Of a stretch of 50,807 nt of DNA, positions 1 through 9,167 are shown piece after piece; position 1 is the stretch's first letter; each line of letters starts with the position of its first letter. This DNA is from a virus (Duplodnaviria > Caudoviricetes). The stretch is from IMG/VR virus record IMGVR_UViG_3300033388_007794, positions 1-50,807 of that record; one strand, written 5' to 3'. The notes under the pieces were generated by a model. That model saw only the letters and a list, made by a program, of their open reading frames with translations, made no database searches and had not been told where the DNA came from. The position numbers and the translations under genes are program-made.

Positions 1-976
1 GCTTGAGCACGTCCGCCGCAAATTTACCCAGCTCGCTCCACAAATGCAGGTATTCTTTGGGATAAGGAGGATCGGTAAAAATGAGATTAACAGTTTCTGC
101 TTCAACCTTTAATTTGCGGAAGTCGCAATGATAAAGCTGAATGTTAGTATCTACACCAGCGTCCGTTTCTTCAATAGCAGACCTTTTCGCTTCCCTGGCG
201 ATTCTTTCTAACCGCTTTAATTCAACTCTTTTTGCCGGGATAGCCTTCCCTGCTATACCGACCGCCTTTATTACTCGTTCAATGTCCCTGGGCTTGTCTA
301 CCACAACATACGGTTTTGGCTCCGGTTTTTCAATCAGCATATCGTCTTCTTCGTCGTAGCTCTCTTCTAAATCAAATGCACTCTTGTCATAAGTAAATTC
401 CTCGTGACAGTTGCTACACTCTATCTTCTTTGGCCAACCCATATCGTCTAGCCACTTTTTGCTCCATTTTGCATGGCCGCAGTAAGGACATTCCAGTGCA
501 GGAATAGCTAAAAACCAGTTCACTTCAGCCTTCTTGTGTTTCCTGGCCGGGTACTGCTTGCCGTCAGTGCCGGTGATAGTCTCAGGTGCGGAAATTTCCG
601 CACCTCGGAACCAGTATCTTATAGTTCCTTCATCCACCCCCAGCACCTTCGCAATTCTCCGGTAACTCCAATTGTACGGCGGTAGGCGCAACTCCTTAGC
701 TTTCTGTTGCTTCCACTCCTTCGGTAAATGCCGCCGGTGAATGTTCAGCTTTAATACATGCTCGGCTTTTTCGTCCTCGCTTAATCCAATGCGGACAATG
801 CTGGGCCATTCTTTTATTCCTAATTCCTGACACGCCCTTACCCTATGGTGGCCATCCAAAATATTGCCATCTTCATCATACTCAACCGGCACCAACACAC
901 CACGCTCTGCTATATCTGCCTTCAGTGCTTCATATTCGTCCTGTGTCAGCGGAGGCAGTAATTGATACTTTTGCAC
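1..976 (-). CDS. ParB-like N-terminal domain + HTH + Zn-ribbon + amino (N6A/N4C) DNA methyltransferase fusion; runs off the left edge
   Basis: Not in ORF track. Manual translation from GTG at 976: MQKYQLLPPLTQDEYEALKADIAERGVLVPVEYDEDGNILDGHHRVRAC (ParB DGHHR), WSYRRIAKVLGVDEGTIRYW (HTH), CPYC...CSNC, then NLIFTDPPY (MTase motif IV). GGGAGAG RBS upstream. Confidence 0.85.
   Translation of the reverse strand, partial: MQKYQLLPPLTQDEYEALKADIAERGVLVPVEYDEDGNILDGHHRVRACQELGIKEWPSIVRIGLSEDEKAEHVLKLNIHRRHLPKEWKQQKAKELRLPPYNWSYRRIAKVLGVDEGTIRYWFRGAEISAPETITGTDGKQYPARKHKKAEVNWFLAIPALECPYCGHAKWSKKWLDDMGWPKKIECSNCHEEFTYDKSAFDLEESYDEEDDMLIEKPEPKPYVVVDKPRDIERVIKAVGIAGKAIPAKRVELKRLERIAREAKRSAIEETDAGVDTNIQLYHCDFRKLKVEAETVNLIFTDPPYPKEYLHLWSELGKFAADVLK
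584..605. repeat. Perfect 22-bp palindrome AGGTGCGGAAATTTCCGCACCT (parS-like)
   Basis: Read directly; lies just downstream of the HTH-coding segment of the ParB-MTase gene. The parS role is inferred. Confidence 0.6.
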
Positions 977-1020
977 TTTCCATCTCTCCCTAATATTTTT
1001 CCCCTCTCCCTTTGTAAATA

Positions 1021-1090
1021 AAAAACCGCCTGGCAGAAAGGCGGGAGAGTACACCTTTCCTTTCGCTCGCGCGCAGCTAGCCAGAGCGGT
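1021..1090 (-). promoter_or_regulatory. Structured leader/attenuator-like RNA upstream of the ParB-MTase gene
   Basis: Minus strand: outer stem ACCGC-T-CTGGC/GCCAG-GCGGT followed by a T-run; inner stem GAAAGGTG/CGCCTTTC. The CTCTCCC in its loop is complementary to the downstream GGGAGAG RBS. Confidence 0.5.
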
Positions 1091-1115
1091 ACATATTTAA
1101 TTGTCTAAACTTCAG

Positions 1116-2018
1116 CTACAATCTCCTCCGGGCAATTCCTTCACAGCAACGGCATGCAGGATGCAAAGGCGGCCCCACAATTCCACCTTCATAAGTCCCG
1201 TTTATCGGTGCTCGCTTGCCGTCCATCTCCTCACAACGTTCACAAGCCCGCTCATCAGGCGTATAAATCCATTCCCTCTCTACTTCGTTCGGATCAAGCA
1301 ATCCTTCCTCCACCGCCTGGGACCAGCATTCTCGCACTCCATAATTGCTGGCGGCCATGGTTTCAGTACGCGCAATCAGCTCCGCTCTTCTCCGCAGCAA
1401 CCGCTTCGCGTAATTGTCCGCCATCTCATTAACCTGTTTTAGCGGCCGCGTGCCGTCTTCGGCAAGCCTCCGCCAGTAATTATCGACGGCCCGCATTTGT
1501 CTTTCGGTCAACCCGATATAATTTCGGATTTTCCTCGCCTGTTCATATGGATGCCCGCCCTCCTCAAACGCCTGGCGGATTATCGCCCGGATGGCCTGAC
1601 GGCTTTCCTCGGTTATCTGCGTAATCAGCTCACCCGTGTGCTGGTTTATAAACTCAACCGCCCTGGGGTTGAGCAGGTCAAATCGAAGCTCCGCTTTCAG
1701 TTTTTCGCCCAGCCTCCGGGCGGTGGCTTTTCCCACTTCACCCACGATCTCCTGAAAAGCATCCTTTACGGTTATGAACCCTGCTCCGAATACGCCCCAA
1801 TCGATCATGTTCTCTACCGAAGCTAAGTCGCCATGCCGTAAAGCTTCCGCCATCCTCGCCACTACAACTTTCCCCTGTGTTGCGGCTACGGCAAGAAAGA
1901 AAGCTCTCTTGACTTTATCCAGCTTGCTGTCAGCTACGCGGTGGAGCAGTTTCCACTCCGGGTCTTTTGGGTTTACAGCTTTTAGGATGCGCTGCTTTGG
2001 TAGCCTTGAAATGAACAT
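1116..2018 (-). CDS. MuF / SPP1 gp7-like minor head protein
   Basis: RAELIARTET, EREWIYTPDERACERC and PPLHPACRC motifs; directly follows portal. Confidence 0.9.
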   Translation of the reverse strand: MFISRLPKQRILKAVNPKDPEWKLLHRVADSKLDKVKRAFFLAVAATQGKVVVARMAEALRHGDLASVENMIDWGVFGAGFITVKDAFQEIVGEVGKATARRLGEKLKAELRFDLLNPRAVEFINQHTGELITQITEESRQAIRAIIRQAFEEGGHPYEQARKIRNYIGLTERQMRAVDNYWRRLAEDGTRPLKQVNEMADNYAKRLLRRRAELIARTETMAASNYGVRECWSQAVEEGLLDPNEVEREWIYTPDERACERCEEMDGKRAPINGTYEGGIVGPPLHPACRCCEGIARRRL

Positions 2019-3292
2019 TATTCCTCATCCACTCCCCCGCTGGGCAGATTGGCTACTTCGAGCAGGTACTTCTCAAGCTCTTTGTTTGGGAACAAAGGCA
2101 TGCCTGCCCCGCTGAGCCGTTGTATAAATTCCCCAAGTTCGCTTAGTTCTACGCTCTCAATGTCCCCGTGGCGAAGCTCGGGGTAATTCTCGACCTTAAA
2201 GTCGTTAAGCTTGAACAGCCTTGACACCGCGTGGGTGTTAAACACATTCTCAATCTCGTCCAGGAAAGCACCAATAGCCACGGCAAACAGATTAGTTTTG
2301 GAACTTGCCAAAGCGTAGCTCCCCACTTTCTGCGTCCCCAGCATGATAAAATCCGCCAGTACGGTCTGGGCAATCCGAGTGTCGTACCTCTGGATAATAG
2401 CACCGGTGTCGAACTGCCGCCTGCCTCCCGTCGAAAGCAACTGAATGTCATACAGTCTATTCCCTTTCTCGTCATAAGCCAGTGGCATGACTATACCTTC
2501 CTGCTGGTCGCGACGTATTTTAGTTACTAGTTCTTTAAACTTCCGTTGCGCCGTTCTTTCCTCATCCGTCTGGGGGTTGGCTACATTAGGCGGCACCCAC
2601 ACGATGGGGAGCCCCGCTAAATCACGCTCAATTCCAATACCCTCAATAGCCTCGATATTCTTTTTGAAATAGTAACTTTTATATGCATTTCTAAGAATCG
2701 ACCTTCCTTCCGGCGAGCCTTTGGTCGCCTCTGTCCTGAAAAGCAGCGACTTTTCTATCGGAATTTCCCTGATTTTATAATCCGGCGGCGCGCTTTGCCG
2801 CATAGCTTGTATGCCGCCTTCCTCGTCGAATACCCACTCAACAAGCGTTTCCTGCGCCCGGATAGGGAGCTTGCGCCAGCCGATGCGACCGTCGGTGTAT
2901 TTACTTCGCTTCGCGGGGTTGCGGCTGTCTCCCATACGGCGCTTCAGGACTATTTCATGCCAGGACCACCCGAATACCAGCATAGACAGAACTTCGCTAA
3001 TTGTATCTTGCCAGGACATACTCATATCATAGAGACAGCTTTCCAAAAACGCTGCCGCTTCCCTGTCAGCGTTGCTCGTCCCGGCGGCTTCAACCCGCCA
3101 TGTAACCTGACGGCAGAGCATCTTGATAGCAAACAGAATAGCGCCAATTACCGGGTCGTTATCACGCATTTCTTTATAGACTCGGATGGCTTTAACGCCC
3201 TGGAGCTCGGGCAACCACTCCTCGGCTATGTAGCCGCCCCAGCGAGATAAGCCTGTGCTGCCCAATTCAAGGAAAATGTTTGTCTGCGCCAA
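2018..3292 (-). CDS. Portal protein (DUF935-like)
   Basis: Position after terL; EMRDNDPVIG, PEGRSILRNAY, EGIGIERDLAGLP and GSYALA motifs. Confidence 0.85.
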   Translation of the reverse strand: MAQTNIFLELGSTGLSRWGGYIAEEWLPELQGVKAIRVYKEMRDNDPVIGAILFAIKMLCRQVTWRVEAAGTSNADREAAAFLESCLYDMSMSWQDTISEVLSMLVFGWSWHEIVLKRRMGDSRNPAKRSKYTDGRIGWRKLPIRAQETLVEWVFDEEGGIQAMRQSAPPDYKIREIPIEKSLLFRTEATKGSPEGRSILRNAYKSYYFKKNIEAIEGIGIERDLAGLPIVWVPPNVANPQTDEERTAQRKFKELVTKIRRDQQEGIVMPLAYDEKGNRLYDIQLLSTGGRRQFDTGAIIQRYDTRIAQTVLADFIMLGTQKVGSYALASSKTNLFAVAIGAFLDEIENVFNTHAVSRLFKLNDFKVENYPELRHGDIESVELSELGEFIQRLSGAGMPLFPNKELEKYLLEVANLPSGGVDEE

Positions 3293-3295
3293 ACC

Positions 3296-4540
3296 TCATC
3301 GCCTCCAGCGGCTTTCGCCTTCGATACTAGTAGGAACAAGAATAGGTACTGCACGACTGAAATGAGTAAAAAGTGCATACCTGTTTCTATCTTGACTGTG
3401 ATCATTCTGTTTTAATGGTTTGTCTTCGCCTTTCAACTGTGCCTTTGGGTCCCACACATAAGAATTGAACTCAGCAATAGTATGCCTGCAGCTCGGGTCA
3501 ACAAAAAACCGCTCCTGGGTCAGCATAGACGCCACAAAGCGGATTCCATCTGTAACCTCATTATCCGCACCTTTTACCTGATAACCCCGTTTTCTGAGTT
3601 CAGCTATGAAACTGGTGGCCGAGGGGTCGACATATATCGCCTCCGGCCTAATATCACCAAGCCACTCTTTGAAGTCATCGGCATACTCAGCGTCCGTCTT
3701 TTGTCTTCCTGCCTCTTTGGAGTCATACCAGTACTCCCTTGTCAGGTAGACCACAGGTTTCGAGTCGTCATTCCAGCCGTAAAGCCCGAATGTGCATGGG
3801 TTGCTGGTGCCATAGTCTATCCCTACTATGAACCGTTTCAAACCTGCAGGAGCAAGTCTAACATGTTTGGATTCGTCCCACATGTCATAAACCGCACCTT
3901 CAGCCTGCACCCACAGACCTAAGATAAAGCGTTTATACCACAGGCCTACGTATTCTTTTTTAAGCTCTTCAACAAAATCTGGGTCGAGATTTAAATTGTC
4001 GTCAAGCTGGAAACGCCAGCGTTTTAAGTTTAGTTCGCTGGTGCGTTCAAGGTAATTTTTATTGAACCAGTGATAGGGCGAGTCCGGGTTTGTTGTCCCG
4101 ATAAACCGCGCCCCCGGCACTGAAAGCCGGGAAAGCAACATAGTAAAGAAACTCTCCGGCCACAGCGTTATTTCGTCGCCATAGGCTCCGACCAGCGTCA
4201 TGCCTCGGATTTTACCTTCGGCCCGCTCGTCACTGGCCCCAGCCAGGTATACCCGTCGGCCAAACAGCGTCGCTTCGCCAGCACCACGATTAAGCTTGAA
4301 GTGCTTACTCCCTATCACCTGCTCAAGCAGGTCAAGCACGTTGCGCTTCAAAGTCCGTTCCGTCTTACCCACCATGAGCAGTTCGCCTGGCGGGGCTTCG
4401 GCTACAAACGCAATCCACGCCACCAGGCTGGCGATTGTCTTGCCGGAACGGACGGAGCCATCGAGGATATTCAAACGTGCGGTGGTATTGACAACAACGT
4501 TAAGCTGCTTCCGCGAAAACTTCCCCCAGGCAAAACTCAT
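3296..4540 (-). CDS. terL: Terminase large subunit (PBSX-type)
   Basis: Walker A GSVRSGKT, Walker B YGDE, TTNPDSPYHW, nuclease GIDYG and DHSQDRNRY. Confidence 0.95.
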   Translation of the reverse strand: MSFAWGKFSRKQLNVVVNTTARLNILDGSVRSGKTIASLVAWIAFVAEAPPGELLMVGKTERTLKRNVLDLLEQVIGSKHFKLNRGAGEATLFGRRVYLAGASDERAEGKIRGMTLVGAYGDEITLWPESFFTMLLSRLSVPGARFIGTTNPDSPYHWFNKNYLERTSELNLKRWRFQLDDNLNLDPDFVEELKKEYVGLWYKRFILGLWVQAEGAVYDMWDESKHVRLAPAGLKRFIVGIDYGTSNPCTFGLYGWNDDSKPVVYLTREYWYDSKEAGRQKTDAEYADDFKEWLGDIRPEAIYVDPSATSFIAELRKRGYQVKGADNEVTDGIRFVASMLTQERFFVDPSCRHTIAEFNSYVWDPKAQLKGEDKPLKQNDHSQDRNRYALFTHFSRAVPILVPTSIEGESRWRR

Positions 4541-5046
4541 TCACCATCACCCAGGGCCTTCAAACTCTCCCTGATGGCGTCGGCAAGTTCCTTCAGGCTG
4601 CCGTCGTCCTTCTCGGTCTTCTCATCCAACCCCAGGGCCTTCCGCTGGCCTTCCTGCGCCATCTTCAAGACGCTGGCTGCTTTTTCTAACGCATATGGAT
4701 TGAGCCTACCCGTCTTCTCGCTAACAAAATGGCAGTGGTAATCTTCCACTGCCTCAAGGATTATCTGTAGAAATTTTCCCCAGGCTTCGAGGTGCCTGGT
4801 GTTCCAGTCGATTTCATGCTCGATTTGTCTTTCAAGGGCACTGTCAATGATTTTACTTCGCTTTTCCTTCTCTCTTACTTCTTTTTCCCTAAGCCACCCT
4901 TTTGTCCGCTTGAAAAAATAACTTGATTTATAGTTCAAGCCCTCACGCTCAGCAAATTCGCGAAGGCTCTTGTAGTCCCCAAGCAAAAACTTCTGTCGTA
5001 ACGCTTCCCAGTCGTATCGCCTCCGGGTCATCACCTCCCACCCCAT
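4537..5046 (-). CDS. terS: Putative terminase small subunit
   Basis: N-terminal HTH-like segment (DWEALRQKF...SLREFAEREGL), helical body, overlaps the terL start. Confidence 0.7.
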   Translation of the reverse strand: MGWEVMTRRRYDWEALRQKFLLGDYKSLREFAEREGLNYKSSYFFKRTKGWLREKEVREKEKRSKIIDSALERQIEHEIDWNTRHLEAWGKFLQIILEAVEDYHCHFVSEKTGRLNPYALEKAASVLKMAQEGQRKALGLDEKTEKDDGSLKELADAIRESLKALGDGE

Positions 5047-5057
5047 TCACCTTGCCT

Positions 5058-5237
5058 TCATTCCAAAGGTTCAACCGTCACCTTAAACGCCTGCCCCGCC
5101 AATAGTAACAACTTTATCGCCTGCACCACGTCTGTGCCGGGCACGTCAAGTTTAATTCTTGCGCCGTCGCCCTGACCATGGACGCTTACGGCACTCTGTA
5201 TCGGCGGTAGGCTGGCGGTGAAAGTGATTTTCTCCAT
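5058..5237 (-). CDS. Small hypothetical protein (59 aa)
   Basis: Manual translation MEKITFTASLPPIQSAV...FKVTVEPLE; AAAGGAG RBS; below the ORF-track cutoff. Confidence 0.6.
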   Translation of the reverse strand: MEKITFTASLPPIQSAVSVHGQGDGARIKLDVPGTDVVQAIKLLLLAGQAFKVTVEPLE

Positions 5238-5316
5238 ACGCGCAACTCCTTTTCAAAATACAAAAGCCGCCCTCTGCAGAACGGCTCCTGATAACATTAT
5301 GGATCAGAATATACCT

Positions 5317-5748
5317 TCAGGACTGCACGATTTCTGCATGGCTTATCAAACCCATCTCTAATGCGGCCATGACGACCAATTCCCTGCGGTATTTGAAATA
5401 AGTGCGCTCTTCAATGTACATCTCCATGCATATTTCTTGCCAGGGCTTGCACTTGCGGTATTTCAGCTCAAACAGCTTCCTGTGGTGTGGCTGCAGGCGC
5501 ACCAAGGCTCTATCTATAGCGGCAAGAGTTCTGGTCATCCTGGCGATGGCCGCATTTGTGACCAGCCTGACCGCTTTCCTTCCTGTGCTGTCGCTAACCC
5601 CGCAGCCTTCACTAGCGACAACATAGCCAGGGCTGGCTGAAGCTGAAATAATCTCCTGCCGCAGCTGCTCCAACTCAGAGCAGGTCAGGTCGTAGTTATA
5701 TAACTCGTGCTCAATATATCTAAAAATTGCCCTCGGGATTCTTGCCAA
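5317..5748 (-). CDS. ArpU/RinA-family late transcriptional activator
   Basis: FRYIEHELYNY, SDSTGRKA, FELKY...WQEICMEMYIEERTYFKYRREL; sits upstream of the packaging genes. Confidence 0.8.
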   Translation of the reverse strand: MARIPRAIFRYIEHELYNYDLTCSELEQLRQEIISASASPGYVVASEGCGVSDSTGRKAVRLVTNAAIARMTRTLAAIDRALVRLQPHHRKLFELKYRKCKPWQEICMEMYIEERTYFKYRRELVVMAALEMGLISHAEIVQS

Positions 5749-5751
5749 CCA

Positions 5752-5842
5752 TTGCCACCCCCACCGAAGTATGGTAAAATGAGCTTGGTAAACCTTTCTG
5801 GCAAAAAAACGTTGTTGCCTCCCACCCCGGTGGGGGATTTTT
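5752..5842 (+). ncRNA. Candidate small antisense transcription unit (promoter + ~55-nt RNA + terminator)
   Basis: TTGCCA(5752)-17 bp-TAAAAT(5775) with extended -10 TG, then hairpin CTCCCAC-CCCG-GTGGGGG and ATTTTTT. Antisense to the leader of the late activator. Confidence 0.45.
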
Positions 5843-6036
5843 TACCCCGCCGCCTCTTCAGACAACACTCCCGCCCGACCTGGCCTCGGCGGCTCTTCCA
5901 TCACCCGTTTCCACACGCTAAAGGGCAGGCTGAGCCGCGCCAGCTTTCTGTTCCAGCCGAACTGCTGTTCTATGGTTGCCAGCACCCAGGGCTGGCAAAA
6001 TTCTAAGTATTCGTAAATCCTAATCATCCCTACCAT
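5842..6036 (-). CDS. Hypothetical protein
   Basis: Co-oriented, tightly packed ORF. Confidence 0.55.
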   Translation of the reverse strand: MVGMIRIYEYLEFCQPWVLATIEQQFGWNRKLARLSLPFSVWKRVMEEPPRPGRAGVLSEEAAG

Positions 6037-6039
6037 CTC

Positions 6040-6243
6040 TCACACCACGCGTCTTTTTCTCAGTCTCGGTATAGGCCTCTTGAGTAACTCATACCCCTGT
6101 TGCTCGTCCCCACGCAGTTCGTACTCTTTTTCCGAAATCAGCCGGTGGCAGTAGACACACCGCCAGCGGCGGATTTGGTCCTCAAAGTAAACTTCAAAAA
6201 GTTTATGATCGCAATGCGGGCACAAAAGATTTTCCTGCTTCAC
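6040..6243 (-). CDS. Zn-ribbon protein
   Basis: CPHC...CVYC; GGAGG RBS. Confidence 0.65.
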   Translation of the reverse strand: MKQENLLCPHCDHKLFEVYFEDQIRRWRCVYCHRLISEKEYELRGDEQQGYELLKRPIPRLRKRRVV

Positions 6244-6428
6244 GCTATTGCCTCCCCTGGCGGTATCCCTACCGCAACGATCTTCCCCGGAAACCCGTCA
6301 TATCTCCATCTTCCTTTAGGGAACAGAACCACCACCCGCTCCCGAAACTTCTTTCTCTGTTCGCGCTCCTTTACTCGCCTTCTTCTCTCCTTCCGGGCCG
6401 CACAACCCGGGCGTTTGTGTTGGCACAT
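6240..6428 (-). CDS. Small basic hypothetical protein
   Basis: Overlaps both neighbours at stop/start codons. Confidence 0.5.
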   Translation of the reverse strand: MCQHKRPGCAARKERRRRVKEREQRKKFRERVVVLFPKGRWRYDGFPGKIVAVGIPPGEAIA

Positions 6429-6754
6429 TACACACCATCCCTTTCTCGGCTTCTTTCCTCGGAGAAGCCGTCAGGGTATCGTTTTTTAAGTTTCTCAATA
6501 TTTTTTCTAGCAACGCTGTCCAAGCTGATTTGCAGGGTTGTCGCAATGGCTGCTACATACCAGAGAATATCCCCGAGTTCCTCGGCAATCGAGTCTTTAT
6601 CTAATTTATGTCCGTGATAGAGATACTTTTTTAGCTTGTTCTGGCACTCGCCGGCCTCGCTTAACCCCAGTGCATAATCTGCTAGGTTATCCTCAAATGG
6701 ACGCTCTTTTTTTAATGTCCTTGCGGCCGCATATTGATACTCATGAAAATTCAT
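6428..6754 (-). CDS. mazG: MazG-like nucleotide pyrophosphohydrolase
   Basis: ALGLSEAGE...EELGDILWY...NIEKLKKRYPDGF. Confidence 0.88.
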   Translation of the reverse strand: MNFHEYQYAAARTLKKERPFEDNLADYALGLSEAGECQNKLKKYLYHGHKLDKDSIAEELGDILWYVAAIATTLQISLDSVARKNIEKLKKRYPDGFSEERSRERDGV

Positions 6755-6817
6755 AACGTTTCCTCCTTGCAGTAAGCCACAAAACTGGGCGACAACAGGG
6801 TAAGAATAGCGTGGAAT

Positions 6818-7204
6818 TTATGCCGTTTTGAAATTCTCTTGTCGTTTAAGAATCCACAACAACGCTTGGGCGGCGGCCTCTTCTCCGATTCCATCAAATC
6901 TTTCTCCTGATAAATGATTTGACCCGTAAATGCTGCAATAAGACTTCTTCTCGTTTGGAATTTTAATAAAGTTGTATGCATATCCCCTCTTTTCAATCTC
7001 CGCCAGTAGCTGGTCAAGGCGAGGAGCAAAAATATACCGGTCATAAATTTTGTGATATTTTACACGGGGAATGCACTCTCTCTTTCCAGTTTCCGTGTAG
7101 TACCAGTCCCCGTCCCGAGGCTCCCACTGGAGTCCTGCTTCTTTAAGTTTTTTTGCTGTCTCTAAGCTTAGTTGATTCGAGAGAAGATTATTCACTTTAT
7201 GCAC
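6818..7204 (-). CDS. Hypothetical phage protein
   Basis: LSLETAKKLKEAGLQWEP.DGDW...APRLDQLL..IEKRG, a common phage accessory type. Confidence 0.7.
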   Translation of the reverse strand: MHKVNNLLSNQLSLETAKKLKEAGLQWEPRDGDWYYTETGKRECIPRVKYHKIYDRYIFAPRLDQLLAEIEKRGYAYNFIKIPNEKKSYCSIYGSNHLSGERFDGIGEEAAAQALLWILKRQENFKTA

Positions 7205-7512
7205 CCTCCCAGTAAATTTGAATCCTCATATTTACGTTTAATCTCGAGAGCGATTTGCAATCTCAAAGATATACACCGTTCCTGCTCCTCCCGCAAATGC
7301 TGGAGATATTCAGCAATTTTCGTTGCGTACTTTCGAGTTATTTTTTTGCCGTCTATGTAAGCATAACTATGGGAAATAATGTCCCGCAGACCATTTTTGT
7401 ATTTTGAAATGAGGTTAGAAATTTCGTTTTCTTGTAGCAACACAAGTTTGTATTGCTCTTCAAGAGGTAAATGAGAAAAATCAAATGTGTTTTTGATTTT
7501 CCTAAGTTTCAT
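7192..7512 (-). CDS. Hypothetical protein
   Basis: AAGGAG RBS, operon packing. Confidence 0.65.
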   Translation of the reverse strand: MKLRKIKNTFDFSHLPLEEQYKLVLLQENEISNLISKYKNGLRDIISHSYAYIDGKKITRKYATKIAEYLQHLREEQERCISLRLQIALEIKRKYEDSNLLGGCIK

Positions 7513-7528
7513 ATTATCTTCTCCTTCG

Positions 7529-7840
7529 CTATAGCCACAATTCCGCCCCCTCTAGGGTTTCACGTAGTTTTTTGTTTTCCTCGAGCAATTCCTTAATTCG
7601 CTCTGCCGCCACTGCAGGTAGCCAGAGATCTCTTCTTTCTGTAAGTGCCACAAGTTCTCTCACTAAGAATTCGTCGTCGGAGTAGATTTTTTCTTTGTAT
7701 TTCATTAACGGGCACTTATCTTTAGAGCACTTATTTTTACAAACAGCTACATTTTCACAAGTCTGGCAACATTCATCTTCCTTATCGCAAAACACACATT
7801 CACAGTCTTCACAGGCAATCAGAATATCACGCATATTCAC
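7529..7840 (-). CDS. Cys-rich hypothetical protein
   Basis: Ten Cys in the first ~45 aa; GGAGG RBS. Confidence 0.65.
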   Translation of the reverse strand: MNMRDILIACEDCECVFCDKEDECCQTCENVAVCKNKCSKDKCPLMKYKEKIYSDDEFLVRELVALTERRDLWLPAVAAERIKELLEENKKLRETLEGAELWL

Positions 7841-8381
7841 TTAACCTCCTCACTTCATTTTTTTCTTCTTCAGGTTCCGCCAAGTCGAGATACATGTAAA
7901 CAGCACTCTCTAAACCGTCCAGTGCATATATGAAGTCTATTATCTGATCGCCTGGCACACGGAGCAGATCTTGCTCAAGAGACCCACGTTTGTAAATATC
8001 TACAACTCGTTTTGCCGCGTCAAATACACACTGCAACAACGCCGCCTGCTTTTCTAATTCCCGCACCCGCTCCCTAGCTGTTTGTTGTGCTTCTTCTGCA
8101 GGCTCATAAGTAGCCTCAAAAATATCAGGTTTGACAGGATACCGCTCACCTTTAATACCTGTCACAATATAGTCGTCTTCAGAAATTTCCATCCAGCCTT
8201 CCAGCGTCTTGATTGCAGGGCAGGCAATTCTAATGTCGCCTTTAATCTTTTCTAAATCCTCTTTCGCTACAAATAGGGCGTTTTCAGGAGAACTGCCAAC
8301 AAAAACCTTGTAGCCGTCTTCCACTCCCGGCTTATATCGCTCAGCTTCAACGACCACAGGTTTCTTACGGTATTTTGGCAT
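7827..8381 (-). CDS. Phage protein, KYRKKPV/PGDYG-like N-terminal domain + coiled coil
   Basis: KYRKKPVVVEA...TLEG...DYIVTGIKGERYPVKPDIFEATYE. Confidence 0.75.
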   Translation of the reverse strand: MPKYRKKPVVVEAERYKPGVEDGYKVFVGSSPENALFVAKEDLEKIKGDIRIACPAIKTLEGWMEISEDDYIVTGIKGERYPVKPDIFEATYEPAEEAQQTARERVRELEKQAALLQCVFDAAKRVVDIYKRGSLEQDLLRVPGDQIIDFIYALDGLESAVYMYLDLAEPEEEKNEVRRLSEYA

Positions 8382-8389
8382 CTAATTAC

Positions 8390-8728
8390 TCACCTCCTAT
8401 TCCAAGAGTTTTCCGCGCTATCTCGTCCTTCTCGCTGCTCGTATAGAGCTCTTGAAATTATTTCTACGCATTTTATACTTATTTCGCAAAAACAAAACTT
8501 TTCAGGAGTATTGACATAATAAGATGTTTGTTCTTCTATTTTCGCTCGTATAGCTCTTAATGCTTCTTCTAATTTATTGTTTTTCCTTTCCAACTCCCCC
8601 ACCTGCTGGAGCCAGTAAATCGCTATCTTATGGATATATCTAAATGTTTCTTTGAGCGGCCCGGTGTAATTCTCAACCGCAAGCTCTTTGAGGAAAAGAT
8701 AGTCTTTCTGCCAATCCCGCTCAGGCAT
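8390..8728 (-). CDS. Hypothetical protein
   Basis: RDWQKD N-terminus, coiled coil, GGAGG RBS. Confidence 0.65.
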   Translation of the reverse strand: MPERDWQKDYLFLKELAVENYTGPLKETFRYIHKIAIYWLQQVGELERKNNKLEEALRAIRAKIEEQTSYYVNTPEKFCFCEISIKCVEIISRALYEQREGRDSAENSWNRR

Positions 8729-9167
8729 CCGAACCAGCCTCCTCTTTCTTTTTCAGTTTAAATATAGTTTGTATTGGTGCACTGTAACCGTGTCTTACTT
8801 TCACCTCGCCGGGATTTATCCACATTTCTGTTTTCATCGGAAACCTGAGATCAGTAGCGTCTATTCCCGCTTTCTCTGCAGCTTCCGCAAGCTCCGAGCA
8901 GGGGTAATAATCCACTGCTATTGTCCTAAAAAACTCTCCGCATCGAGGATCACCTTCTCTCCAGTAGTGTTGGTATTTCTGGAGAAGCTCTCTAATCTTA
9001 ACAGTCAGATTCTTCTTGAATGACTCAATTTGGTCTTCTGCGAGCGGCTTCAGTTTACTGGTCAGCCAATTCGCAAATAAAGACTGCAGAGGTTCGCCAT
9101 TGTCGTGTTTAGGCTCTTGTATTACTTTCGCCCACCATTCAACAGCAGCATTGATTTCCTCTTTCAC
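8721..9167 (-). CDS. Hypothetical protein
   Basis: AAVEWWA...DYYPCSELAEAA...FPMKTEMWI; GGAGGTG RBS. Confidence 0.7.
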   Translation of the reverse strand: MKEEINAAVEWWAKVIQEPKHDNGEPLQSLFANWLTSKLKPLAEDQIESFKKNLTVKIRELLQKYQHYWREGDPRCGEFFRTIAVDYYPCSELAEAAEKAGIDATDLRFPMKTEMWINPGEVKVRHGYSAPIQTIFKLKKKEEAGSDA

